Notes: generated from the sequence alone by a model not told the origin. A stretch of 63,335 nucleotides of DNA, filler included, from 6 parts of 6 records of this genome joined end to end with filler, not necessarily neighbours in it; one strand, 5' to 3'; shown: positions 15,001 through 26,120, counted from the whole stretch's first letter. Program-made: numbers and translations.

Positions 15001-18000
15001 ATGTTCAACGGAACCAAAGACATGAATGATATTGATGAAATTTTGCAGTTTTCGACGCCGAAGAAAACCCCCGGAAAGACCCCGCGCAAGACGCCCTCGG
15101 TACGTGCGCAGCGGCATTCGCAATGCGCGCAGGGCGGCCGCCGTGGGCGCAACACCAACGTCTCTCGATGGTGTCGCGACAGACACGGACCGGTGAACAG
15201 CCAGCAAAGGGGGTCCGGACCGCGCCTCCCCCATCTTGCACATATCCCCTACCCCTATTTACAGTGTTAGCGCAGCGCCGCAGAGGTGCCTTTGTGCCAC
15301 CCGTTCGCTGGCACTTCGACACGTATGAAAAATTGTCTTCCACAACTGTATCTTGGAGGCGAAGATGTGATGTTGCGTGTCATGGAGAATTTCTAGGAAA
15401 AGAGAGACTCCGCATCGGTACTCCCCTCCGCCGTCAACGCGCCGATTGCCCAAGAGGCCACTGTGACACTACGTTATCTCACGTCCGTCTCCGCTCCGGT
15501 CCTTTCGCTTGCTTACGAAACGCGCACAGGGAGACCGCTTTATCCCCAACCGCAGCGCCATTGATGTGGAATCAGCGCACTATCAAATGTTCAAGGAGAA
15601 TGCGGATGCCGAGGTACGCGGACGCGCAGGCTGTCGCTTCTTCTGATACATTGTCGCATTCTTTCTGCGTCGCGTACGCCGTCACGTATCCGCACGAGCC
15701 TATCGGGCTGCATGGCCTCGCTTCTGCTTTGCCATCCTTGCCGCAGCTTGTGGTGGGGATGCTAATCACTACGCATCTACAAAGCGCCAAGGCTCCGTTC
15801 AGTGCTGTAGAATCTGCCGCTTCCGAAAAGGGAGGCGCCCAGCACGAACTTCCCCCGGTTGCCGCACGTGCCACTGCTCACCCGCGCCGTATGTCACGCT
15901 GGTGTGTTGCTTGCGCAGGGCTCTGGCGGTCCGAACAGCGCGCCCAGCACGCCGCAGCAGGACGAGTATCGCCGATCGGTCTCCGAGACGATCCTTGACG
16001 GCAACGACGCGAAAAGAATCTTGCATTTCAAGAACAAGCCGCCTGAGCCCAAGGATGGATACCAGAACAACCTGCGCGTGCTGTATACGCAGAACCAGGT
16101 CTCCGACGCGCAGCGCCGCAAGGTACGATACCGGAGTCTGCCCGCAACCTCGACCCAGGCGCGCGCGATTGTCGCCGTTTCTTGTGACCTGCGTAGATTT
16201 CTATGACGAAAATAAGCACAGTACCTCCTTTGCTGTCGTCGCAAACGCACTGGAATTAGAAGATGGAAGAACGTCCAACGTTGTGCGAAGCACCCCGCAC
16301 TCAGGTTGCCGCAGTTACTCACGCGTGCCAACCCATTGCTCGCCACACGACCCTCGCATCGCAGGTGAACCGCCACATTCCGCAGAACCCGGAAAAAATC
16401 CTCGATGCGCCCGAGCTCATCGACGACTACTATCTCAACCTCTTGGACTGGAGCTCGCGCAATGTGCTCGCAGTGGCACTGTCTGACACAGTGTACCTGT
16501 GGAATGCAGACTCGGGTGACATCCAGGAACTGATGCGCACAACAGGCGATGGCGACTACATTACCTCACTGCAGTGGACAGCCGACGGAGGTCACATCGC
16601 CGTCGGCACCAACCTCGCCGACGTGCAGCTGTGGGACCCGGAAAACAATCGCCAAGTCCGCTCGCTGCGCGGTCATCGCAACCGCGTCGCATCACTGTCG
16701 TGGAACAACTACATTCTAAGTTCCGGATCGCGCGACAGTGCCATTATCAACCACGATGTCCGCATCCGCGACCACGCCGTCGCAACGCTCAATGGGCACA
16801 CGCAAGAGGTGTGCGGGCTCAAGTGGTCTCCCAACGGGTCCCTGCTTGCGTCCGGCGGCAACGATAACCTGCTCAACATCTGGGACGCGCGCTCCACATC
16901 ACCAAAGTTCACACTCGACCGCCACACAGCGGCTGTGAAAGCGCTTGCGTGGTGCCCGTTCCAGACCAACGTACTTGCCTCAGGCGGCGGTACCGCCGAC
17001 CGCCACCTGCGCTTCTGGAACGCGCAAACCGGAGCGTGCCTGAACGAAATCGACACTCGCTCTCAGGTACGCTGCATGCAAAGGAAGAATAAGAACTACC
17101 AAGGCAAAGGCAATGTGCTAGAGGAGGAAACAATGTGCTTGTTCGTCACTCTTACGTTAGCGAAAGAGCGATCCCAACGGCCACTATACCGAGTCAAGAA
17201 TACTTTGGTTCTGCGCACGCGGAGTGCGGGAGAGGAAACTCGTAAACAAGTGCCACTTTGGCGCGCCAGTGGATGCCATGCGAGCCGACACTGCCCTGGC
17301 TGCACGATGCCCCTCCATATTCCGTCCTAACACACCCGAGTTTCGTCAAACGCTTTCCGTTCTCTCTCTCCCCCCTCTCTGCGCATAGGTTTGCTCGATC
17401 GTGTGGAGCAAGTACGATCGCGAGCTCGTGACGTCGCACGGCTTCACGCAGAACCAGCTTACTCTGTGGAAGTACCCTTCTATGGTGAAGATGGCAGAGC
17501 TTACAGGTACGAAACCGACTCGCTGTATGCGCGAGTGCAACATGTGGTGGTGACACGCGACCTGCCATTTGACGATAGCCAACGAGGCACACATGGAGCC
17601 GAAAGTGCATGAAAAGACTGCGCAAAGGAATGCAGAAGATTGAACACGGAAAGAGAGCAAATGATGCCGATCCTGATAAAGTAGTGATTAGGAAATGGTC
17701 TGCTGCGCAACTGCATTGTGGAGTACTGCGTCTACTTCGCTTGCTCCTGCTTCGCTGTCTTAGGCAGAAAGACAGCTGCGACCCCTCGACATAGTGCGTC
17801 CAGTGAGTAAGGAGAGCCGAGCTGGCCACTCACCACAGAGAATGATAGTTACAACTATGCCCGTGCGCTCTATGCTATTTGAAACTCAGAGGGGTCCTTT
17901 TGCTGCTGCAACAAATATACTGCGGTGTTGCAGGTCACACGTCGCGTGTTCTCCACCTCGCCCAGTCACCAGATGGATCTACCGTGGTGTCTGCTGCTGG

Positions 18001-18112
18001 GGACGAAACGATCCGGTTCTGGAAAGTGTTTGGCGAGCCGCCCAAGACGGTATCGAAGAAAACCACTGCTTCTGCCGCTTCGGGAAGCCTTCGCCAGCTC
18101 TCGATCCGGTAG
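15001..18112 (+). CDS. CDC20: APC/C activator CDC20/Fizzy (WD40; multi-exon)
   Basis: N-terminal TP CDK-type sites; small exon ~15530-15613 with C-box DRFIPNR and KEN box; RILHF (KILR-like); [60 protein letters not shown]-terminal IR tail (..LSIR*). Confidence 0.95.
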
Positions 18113-18676
18113 ATGCCAGTTACGGTCGCGACGCAACGCTGGTATACTCTGTGGCGTACTGTTGGACCGGCCGCATTCCTGGTCTCCTTGCCGAGCCAAG
18201 TGTTTGCAGGGCGTGCGGACAGCCACAGTTTCTGTGGAGAGGATGGATCAGTCTGCGAGTGGTAATTAGCGAACAACGTACACTTATGGTGCTGTTCTGC
18301 TTTTTTCTCCCCGAAACCGGATACGGTGCTGCCCTGTACGCGTGCGGAGAGACGGAGTGCTCTGCTACGAGGCTCTTCGAAGACCAGAATTGCTGGTTCG
18401 CGAGCAGAAACACTTCCATATGGGAGAGGCGTATGCTTCTGCGCGCAAGCCGGTTCCTACTCTTCATTCTTCCAGCACAGCACCGAGTGTGCTTGCAACA
18501 ATCACAAGCAGTGTGCAAAAGGAGGACGTGGATTGGAGCTTTCCGAGTTCGCAAGCGCTGTTTCTTGTCGGCCCTGGTGGCTGGGAGGTTTCGACTTCGG
18601 GCAAAAAGCTGTGCCTTCGCGTTCTGATTCTAACTCACCGAATGGTACGCGCAAACCATAACGCGATAATGGTTGC

Positions 18677-18776
18677 NNNNNNNNNNNNNNNNNNNNNNNN
18701 NNNNNNNNNNNNNNNNNNNNTTAATTAATTAANNNNNNNNNNNNNNNNNNNNNNNNNNNNNNNNNNNNNNNNNNNN
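18677..18776. other. Artificial contig linker
   Basis: N44-TTAATTAATTAA-N44 (stops in all six frames); abrupt composition change across it. Confidence 0.98.
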
Positions 18777-19230
<454 letters not shown>

Positions 19231-19236
19231 GTAATA

Positions 19237-19947
19237 ATGATGATAAGAATTTTTAACATAATCATATTATTCAATTTCGCTTTGGCCATGGAGGCACAAG
19301 TAGACGGAAACTTATTGTTGACCGTTCATAACCTGAATGCCACTGAGTTGGCCGGTATTACCAGCCCGAATGCAGGAAGTTTGGCATTCAACGGTACTAG
19401 TAATTCCTTTACGAATTATGACGGTACTGCATGGACCCAAGCCGCTACAGAGGTTTACATTGGCGACATCAAGACCGGTTTTAGCAATTCGGATCATGAG
19501 GGTTGGTACGTACTGGACGGCCGTAGGCTCAACAGCCTGCCTTCCAATGCCCGAACAGCTGCCTCAAATCTCGGATTTAGGGGAAGGCTACCCAACGCCC
19601 AAGATGTGGTACTTAAACAAAGTAATGGGAGTCAAGGTCTAGGTGATACTGGGGGTAGTGATCAAATTACATTGACCCAGGCTAATTTGCCCAATGTAAA
19701 TTTTTCGGGTTCAGCATCTGCTTCTGGGAACCACAACCATGCGGTTAACGGTAGCTTTAGTGATGAAAGAATAAGAAACAGCGTAGATGCGTACAGAAAT
19801 TTGTTGTTGGCAGGAGGCAACATGTCATCCAGCACAGAGGGTAATCACAACCATAGCTTTACCGTAAACAGTGGTGGATCATCAATTGCCATAAGCCAAT
19901 ATCAACCTTATATAGTGGTAAACACATTAATTTATTTAGGCGAATGA
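19237..19947 (+). CDS. Secreted phage tail-collar/short-tail-fibre-like protein (paralogue 1)
   Basis: Signal peptide ending MEA|Q; IGDIK...GWYVLDG...LPNA; G-TGG-D-ITLTQANLP; two NHNH motifs; C-terminal QPYIVVNTLIY typical of the tail-collar (MdpB-like) family. Confidence 0.75.
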   Translation: MMIRIFNIIILFNFALAMEAQVDGNLLLTVHNLNATELAGITSPNAGSLAFNGTSNSFTNYDGTAWTQAATEVYIGDIKTGFSNSDHEGWYVLDGRRLNSLPSNARTAASNLGFRGRLPNAQDVVLKQSNGSQGLGDTGGSDQITLTQANLPNVNFSGSASASGNHNHAVNGSFSDERIRNSVDAYRNLLLAGGNMSSSTEGNHNHSFTVNSGGSSIAISQYQPYIVVNTLIYLGE

Positions 19948-20663
19948 GACATTACCAATTAATTTTTCTTTTTTTCTTTTTGGTGTTTGGCCCCTCAAGG
20001 TCACAAACACCAGCCGCAGAGGAATTGGTAACCATTCATACAGTAACCGATAACACCAGCATGAACAGTATTAGCGGTGCCTCCTCCGGAGCACTGGTAT
20101 TTAATCAGGCCGATAAAAACATATACGTTTTTGATGGAACAAATTGGCAAGTGGTTGGTGGAAGCGGACCTGAAATAGGACGAACAAAGCATAGCTTTCA
20201 ATCTGCCGATCACGGAGGATGGTATTTACTTAATGGAAGGTCTTTGACCAGCTTGTCCAGTTCCGCTGCCAGTGCTGCCAATAGCATAGGTATTACAGGA
20301 AACCTTCCAGATGCTACGGACCGCGTTCTAAAACATCCCAATTCAGGGGAAAGCCTAGGGGATATAGGGGGTGCAGCTAGCACTACCCTAAGTCAGGCTA
20401 ATTTGCCAAATGTTAACTTTACGGGTACCACTAGCTCTAATGGGAACCATAATCATGACTTTTCGGGATATTTTTCTTGGGAATCCATTAGACATAGTTC
20501 CGATGCCTATAGGGAAGTCTTACTTAGTGGTGGTAGTAACAATACCAATACTACAGGAAACCATACCCATAGTGTAAATGTAAATAGTGGTGGTTCCAAC
20601 CAGCCTTTCGATCAATATCAGCCTTATTTGGTCGCAAATACATTTATATATCTAGGTGTTTAA
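19944..20663 (+). CDS. Secreted phage tail-collar/short-tail-fibre-like protein (paralogue 2)
   Basis: Signal peptide ending SRS|Q; IGRTK...GWYLLNG...LPDA; TLSQANLP; NHNH and NHTH; QPYLVANTFIY; ATGA overlap with the upstream gene. Confidence 0.75.
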   Translation: MRHYQLIFLFFFLVFGPSRSQTPAAEELVTIHTVTDNTSMNSISGASSGALVFNQADKNIYVFDGTNWQVVGGSGPEIGRTKHSFQSADHGGWYLLNGRSLTSLSSSAASAANSIGITGNLPDATDRVLKHPNSGESLGDIGGAASTTLSQANLPNVNFTGTTSSNGNHNHDFSGYFSWESIRHSSDAYREVLLSGGSNNTNTTGNHTHSVNVNSGGSNQPFDQYQPYLVANTFIYLGV

Positions 20664-20688
20664 TTTAGAATAAATTTATCTGTAGTAG

Positions 20689-22125
20689 ATGACTAATAAT
20701 TTCGATCATATAATTTTTAATAATAACGGCATCCCGGACTATACAAGGATCTGCAAGGTATTCCCTTATATAATAGCCATGCTATTATATGTAATTCCGT
20801 ATGTAACGCACGCCCAAATAGATCCTGGACTTCTGCTGGGACTAAATACGGCGACCACTACAGAAATGAACGCCATAAATGGATCTATTACGGGGTCCAT
20901 GATCTACAATACAACAGATAAGAAAGTATACTATTACAATGGAACCAATTGGGTAACCCCATCAAATGACAACTGGTTATTGGATGGGAATACGGCTGTA
21001 TCCGGAGCATCATTTTTAGGAACTAAAAATGATGTAGCCATGGACATTAGATCTAACAATACCAGTATACTAAAATTTGGTAGGCGACAAACCCTTGGTT
21101 TAGTCCAAAATTATCCGGATTATACGGACCAAAATCAATATTTAACCTACGTTGGTGGAGCTAATGGCGTCTCCGCCCTGCAATTTCAGGCAGATGCGGC
21201 CTCTTTCTACAAGCCGATGTTCTTTACCAACACAGATGGTAATTTTAGACTTAAAGGCAGTGCCGCTGGAACCGATTTTTTTGAAATTGGATCTACCGGA
21301 ACATCCAACAATGGTCAGCTAGAGTTTATAATAGGTGATGATGGTTCAGAACCCTTTATCTTTAAAAGATATGATTACAGGGATGGTCTCCTCAAAGAGC
21401 TTTTCCGAGTTCAGGGAAGCAGTGATTCCCAAAATGCACTGCCTAGGGTAGGTATCAATACAGGATCTTTGGCCAATTCAACCTTACAAATTAATGGCTC
21501 AATGTCTACTGCGATTACTACTGCCGGAAGTAACCTAACCTTGAATGAAAGCCATCACACAGTAATTATTAATTCCAATATTTCCATTACCCTCCCAGCC
21601 GCAAACGGAGCAACGGGTAGAGTATATGTCTTAAAAAATATTACACAGCAAACTTTGACCATTAGTCCATATATAAATGAAATAGGAGATTCAACTACAG
21701 AATTGACCTCCAAAACCGTAATCTGGCTACAGAGTGACGGGACCCAATGGCAATTGATAAATCGCTTGGGAGGTCAAAATGGAAATGGCGGGGGTAACCC
21801 TGACGGCACCTTGACCACAGATTTGATCGTTTATACTTTCCAAGATCAATGGAACAGTGGATTCATGTTACAATTTGGGAATAGAACCAATTCCCCAATA
21901 GATTACAGGATCGTAGTTGAAAATGTCCCTTATGAAACGATCCCAAACCTTAATTTAGGCAACCACACCCACCAGGTAATAGATAACGGGAATGGTACCT
22001 ATAACCACATATTTAGAAGTACACAGGCACTAGGTGCTTATGACAATACCACCATAAGAGGATCCAGAGTTTCCCCTAGGGGCATTGGGAATAGTTGTAA
22101 CTGTGTCTCATTTTATAGATTATAA
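20689..22125 (+). CDS. Secreted fibre-like protein with putative C-terminal carbohydrate-binding (CBM2-like) domain
   Basis: Hydrophobic stretch ending THA|Q; WLLDGN...FLGTKND; RVGINT...STLQING; ITLPAANGATGRVYVLKN; Gly linker, then YTFQDQWNSGF. Start codon uncertain. Confidence 0.6.
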   Translation: MTNNFDHIIFNNNGIPDYTRICKVFPYIIAMLLYVIPYVTHAQIDPGLLLGLNTATTTEMNAINGSITGSMIYNTTDKKVYYYNGTNWVTPSNDNWLLDGNTAVSGASFLGTKNDVAMDIRSNNTSILKFGRRQTLGLVQNYPDYTDQNQYLTYVGGANGVSALQFQADAASFYKPMFFTNTDGNFRLKGSAAGTDFFEIGSTGTSNNGQLEFIIGDDGSEPFIFKRYDYRDGLLKELFRVQGSSDSQNALPRVGINTGSLANSTLQINGSMSTAITTAGSNLTLNESHHTVIINSNISITLPAANGATGRVYVLKNITQQTLTISPYINEIGDSTTELTSKTVIWLQSDGTQWQLINRLGGQNGNGGGNPDGTLTTDLIVYTFQDQWNSGFMLQFGNRTNSPIDYRIVVENVPYETIPNLNLGNHTHQVIDNGNGTYNHIFRSTQALGAYDNTTIRGSRVSPRGIGNSCNCVSFYRL

Positions 22126-22312
22126 TGAAGTAAAAAATTATTGAACATGCCTCCAATGAATTAATTTAAGAAATACCCTATTAATTAAGCCTTAGGCAGC
22201 ACAGTTAATGATATATGACGAAAGAATGGCCTGTCCTGGTACAAAAGATAAAAACAATTAATTAGATAAGTACAACATATAATGGTAAAGTCACCCACAT
22301 TCCAGAAACCTT

Positions 22313-23491
22313 ATGAACTGTATTAAAAACATATTTATTACAATTATATTCATAGGTGTATTGTTAGGTAATGCCCAGGATGCGGTACATAATTATGGCA
22401 ATATTCAAATACATGAAACTGCCATGGTAGGTTTCCATATGGATGTCATTAACGATGGTACCTTTGACGAGAATTTAGGTTTGGTAGGTTTTTATAGCGA
22501 TAACCACCCCTTGACCATTTCCGGAGCCTTTGCCCCTGTCTTTTATGATTCCGAGGTAGCTGTAAATGACGGACTATATCTGGAAACAAGCGTTGGGGTA
22601 TTGAATAATTTCAACTTCATACAGGGCAACGTATTTACGCCTAGGAATCGCTCCAACGTTTTCCTAAACTTTTCCGATGATTCATTTTATGTGGGCGAGG
22701 GAAACAATACTAAAATTGATGGCTACGGGGCTATTGCCAATAAGGAATCCTTTACTTTTCCGGTAGGGGATGATGACCGTATGAGACCTTTGACCATAAC
22801 TTCGGAAAGCGTTAATGCACTGGCCAAATGTGCCTATTTCTTTGTAGCCCCGGATAACCAATCCAGTTTTAATGAAAATTTCAATACGGGCGCAAGGGAC
22901 TTTAATGTGGCCGCCGTAAGTAATCAGGAATTTTGGCGCTTGGAGGGAGACTCCCCCAGCACAGTTACTCTAAGCTGGGATGAAAGAAGCAATATTGGTA
23001 ATCTTGGGGAATATATTAGTGACCTGATAGTAGTAGGCTGGAGTAAAAGTCAACAGAAATGGGTCAACCTAGGGAATTCCGCATTGGAAGGAGAATTTTC
23101 CTTTGGAACATTAAGTTCGGATACCTTTGTACCAAATGACTACGACATCATTACAATCGGTGGGGCACTTGATCTAAATGAAAGCCTTACCACCATAGAA
23201 TTGGGCAATTATTTTTTAACACCCAACGGTGATGGCACCAACGATTATCTTGTAATTGATGGTATTGAGGAATCTCCCAACAATCTACTTCAAATCTTTA
23301 ATAGATACGGTGTACTGGTATACTACAAAGAAAATTATAGGGATGAATTTGAAGGTATTTCCAACAGAAATATGTTGGTCAAAGGAGATATAGGTCTGTC
23401 CTCTGGAGTGTATTTTTACATCATCACCCTAAACGATATTAAAATAAAACATCAGGGCTATTTATACTTATCCCAAAATTCGCAAAACTAA
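22313..23491 (+). CDS. T9SS type-B (gliding-motility-associated/CHU) C-terminal domain protein
   Basis: Signal peptide ending GNA|Q; C-terminal LTPNGDGTNDYLVIDGI...LQIFNRYGVLVY...LSSGVYFYII...GYLYL. Confidence 0.9.
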   Translation: MNCIKNIFITIIFIGVLLGNAQDAVHNYGNIQIHETAMVGFHMDVINDGTFDENLGLVGFYSDNHPLTISGAFAPVFYDSEVAVNDGLYLETSVGVLNNFNFIQGNVFTPRNRSNVFLNFSDDSFYVGEGNNTKIDGYGAIANKESFTFPVGDDDRMRPLTITSESVNALAKCAYFFVAPDNQSSFNENFNTGARDFNVAAVSNQEFWRLEGDSPSTVTLSWDERSNIGNLGEYISDLIVVGWSKSQQKWVNLGNSALEGEFSFGTLSSDTFVPNDYDIITIGGALDLNESLTTIELGNYFLTPNGDGTNDYLVIDGIEESPNNLLQIFNRYGVLVYYKENYRDEFEGISNRNMLVKGDIGLSSGVYFYIITLNDIKIKHQGYLYLSQNSQN

Positions 23492-23780
23492 TTTAGAATA
23501 TATTCTGCCATCCCTTTATCAACTACCTATTTTTACTGTGCTTCATACAGCAGCATGTAATACTTGCTCTAGGAAACTTACCTCCCTTCTACCCCCATCC
23601 TTAACAGTAATTCCACTCTGTTCGGAACCAAATCTTATAGAATTTAAGTAACTTTATAGTTTCAATTTTATCCATTGTCCAATGGTTATAAGGATAAATA
23701 CCCCTATAATATAAAACGTGGCAGAATTTTTGGAGTAATTGGATATATTGGATTGCTTATAATTAAATAATTAGTACCCT

Positions 23781-24515
23781 ATGCAAAGAAGATCTTTTAT
23801 TAAAAAAAGTAGCTATACCGGTCTGGCCCTATCACTACTTCCAGGCCTTACCCTTTCCCAAGAAACAGCATATTCTGTAGCGGAATTAATGGGCAAAGTG
23901 GATATTGAACTTTTTGGCAAGGATATAAACCTAAGAAAAGAAGCCCATGACGCCTTTGTAGAGATGAAAAGGGCAGCATATAGTGATGGCATAGATCTAA
24001 AAATTGTATCTAGCTATCGTAATTTTTATCGTCAGGAAGGTATTTGGGAACGTAAATATTTACAATATACCGAGGAAAAGGGAATGACCAAATTGGGTGC
24101 CATTGAAAAAATTATAGAATATTCTACTATTCCTGGCACCAGTAGACATCATTGGGGAACGGATATAGACATAATTGACGGCTATCCAAAAACTACGGGA
24201 GATGTTTTGGTACCCGAAAAATTCGGAGAAGGTGGTCCTTTTGCCCTATTAAAGCAATGGATGGACGATAATGCCAACAAATATGGTTTCTATTTGGTAT
24301 ATACGGATAATCCCAAAAGAAAGGGATTTAAATACGAGCCTTGGCATTATAGCTATGCTCCTATTTCCATACCCATGCTAAAGACTTTTAGGCGAAAGAA
24401 TATTTTTAAACTTTTATTGGAGGAAGATATCATAGGGAAGGAAAACTTCACTTCAGGATTTCTAAAAGGTTATATACAGAACAATATTTTGGATATTAAT
24501 CCAGACCTCCTATAA
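23781..24515 (+). CDS. M15 family D-Ala-D-Ala carboxypeptidase
   Basis: Twin-arginine-like leader QRRSFIK; SSYR; PGTSRHHWGTDID; YEPWH. Confidence 0.9.
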   Translation: MQRRSFIKKSSYTGLALSLLPGLTLSQETAYSVAELMGKVDIELFGKDINLRKEAHDAFVEMKRAAYSDGIDLKIVSSYRNFYRQEGIWERKYLQYTEEKGMTKLGAIEKIIEYSTIPGTSRHHWGTDIDIIDGYPKTTGDVLVPEKFGEGGPFALLKQWMDDNANKYGFYLVYTDNPKRKGFKYEPWHYSYAPISIPMLKTFRRKNIFKLLLEEDIIGKENFTSGFLKGYIQNNILDINPDLL

Positions 24516-24555
24516 ATAATTTTTGTAATTTAATACGTATTACATTAAAATACAG

Positions 24556-25323
24556 ATGAGAAGAGGCAGTTGGAAAATTAGGATATTCATAGGCCTGGCA
24601 ATTGTAGCCTTTGCTTTTGTACAGCGCTGCAATAACAAGGAGGAAAACCCCTATACTGGTAGGGTACAGAACATTAATATGAGTACAGAGCAAGAAGTGG
24701 CCATTGGCCTGCAAAGTGCTCCTGAAGTGGCCCAGCAATATGGTGGCCTATATCCTGATGAACGATTACAGTCTTTTGTTGATCAGTTGGGCCATAAATT
24801 GGTAAATAACAGCATTGCTAGGGAAACACCATATAAATACGATTTTCATTTATTGGCAGATGAACAAACCATCAATGCCTTTGCACTGCCCGGTGGACCC
24901 GTGTTTGTAACCTATGCCCTCTTTTCCCAATTGAACGAAGCGCAACTGGCTGGAGTATTGGGACATGAGATAGGGCATGTAATTGGAAGACACTCTGCAG
25001 AGAGGATTGCGGATAGCAACTTTTGGCAGACAATAAGTATGGGTGCCTCTGTAGGTGCCGATGCGGGTGGAATTGTCAATAGTATTGGCCAAAACACCTT
25101 ATTGACCAACGGTCGGGACGATGAATTGGAAAGCGATGAATTAGGAGTTCTTTTTATGATACAATCCGGTTATGACCCCTATGAAATGATCAAGGTGATG
25201 GAAATTTTAAAGGCCGCAGCCGGGCCAAATAGAGTACCCGAATTTCAAAGTACTCATCCAGACCCCGATAATCGCATTGAACGGATAAAAGAAGCCATTG
25301 ACCGATTTAAAGGTCAACAATAG
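24556..25323 (+). CDS. M48 family metallopeptidase
   Basis: NAFALPGG; HEIGH; ELESD; STHP. Confidence 0.92.
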   Translation: MRRGSWKIRIFIGLAIVAFAFVQRCNNKEENPYTGRVQNINMSTEQEVAIGLQSAPEVAQQYGGLYPDERLQSFVDQLGHKLVNNSIARETPYKYDFHLLADEQTINAFALPGGPVFVTYALFSQLNEAQLAGVLGHEIGHVIGRHSAERIADSNFWQTISMGASVGADAGGIVNSIGQNTLLTNGRDDELESDELGVLFMIQSGYDPYEMIKVMEILKAAAGPNRVPEFQSTHPDPDNRIERIKEAIDRFKGQQ

Positions 25324-25448
25324 CCATTTTTCCATTACTAGATTAGTATTTAAAGGTATTATTAGTATATTGCACCAGAACCAAATCTTATTACCCGCAC
25401 AAATTTAACCCTTATAGCTTTGATTTACAATCATTTAAATGAGACTAT

Positions 25449-25616
25449 ATGGGAACTTTATTACACTTTAAGAACATTTATTTAGCGGCATTCGAAAATT
25501 GTAAACCAGAATACGTAGTTGTATTTTTGAAAATCTACTCTGTTTTCTGCGTGGCAATGCTATCCATGGCACTTTATGCATTATTATTTAGGGCCTTTAC
25601 TGGATTTGAATTCTAG
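25449..25616 (+). CDS. Small (55 aa) membrane protein, DUF6747-like; absent from the ORF track
   Basis: MGTLLHFKNIYLAAFENCKPEYVVVFLKIYSVFCVAMLSMALYALLFRAFTGFEF*; one hydrophobic helix; followed by a terminator. Family assignment is from recall. Confidence 0.65.
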   Translation: MGTLLHFKNIYLAAFENCKPEYVVVFLKIYSVFCVAMLSMALYALLFRAFTGFEF

Positions 25617-25665
25617 ACATTTGGATTTGCTCTTTTACCTGAACACTATAAAAGCAAATTAAAGT

Positions 25666-25707
25666 AATAAAAAAACCTATCGATTAATTTCGATAGGTTT
25701 TTTTATT
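25666..25707. terminator. Bidirectional intrinsic terminator
   Basis: AATAAAAAAACCTATCGA-ttaatt-TCGATAGGTTTTTTTATT perfect inverted repeat between convergent genes. Confidence 0.9.
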
Positions 25708-25721
25708 AAATGCAAGCGCAA

Positions 25722-26120
25722 CTACTTCTTCTGTAAACTAGCGTTGATTACCTCCAAGGCCTCTGTGGCATGGGATAGTTCCGCATGTTTTTTTGCGTTG
25801 TAACCGTTGTCGCACTTAATTTTAAGATTGGCTCCATTGGCGATAAGGAGCTCTAGAATTTCTACTTTGTTGTAACGAGCGGCAAAAATGGCAGGTGTTT
25901 TTCCCAATGATTTTTGATTAAGATCCTCACCCAACTCAATGAGTCGCTTAACGGTTTCCAAATCCCCTTCCACAATGGCCTTACAGAATGAGCTTAATTC
26001 TCCTGGCTTGACCATTAATACGGATTTACTTGGGGTGTAAATGTTAGTACTACTCTCGGCGTAGACGCCTGCGACCATAAACAATAATGCCATGACGACT
26101 GTTAAAAATGTTTTTCTCAT
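25722..26120 (-). CDS. Secreted ankyrin-repeat protein
   Basis: Signal peptide; AIVEGDLETVKRLIELG; GKTPAIFAARYNKVEILELLIANGAN. Confidence 0.9.
   Translation of the reverse strand: MRKTFLTVVMALLFMVAGVYAESSTNIYTPSKSVLMVKPGELSSFCKAIVEGDLETVKRLIELGEDLNQKSLGKTPAIFAARYNKVEILELLIANGANLKIKCDNGYNAKKHAELSHATEALEVINASLQKK

Noticed and set aside
18721-18732. Recurrent TTAATTAATTAA palindrome as a biological repeat or recombination site
   Set aside because: It is always centred in exactly 44+44 Ns, so it is a synthetic six-frame-stop linker.
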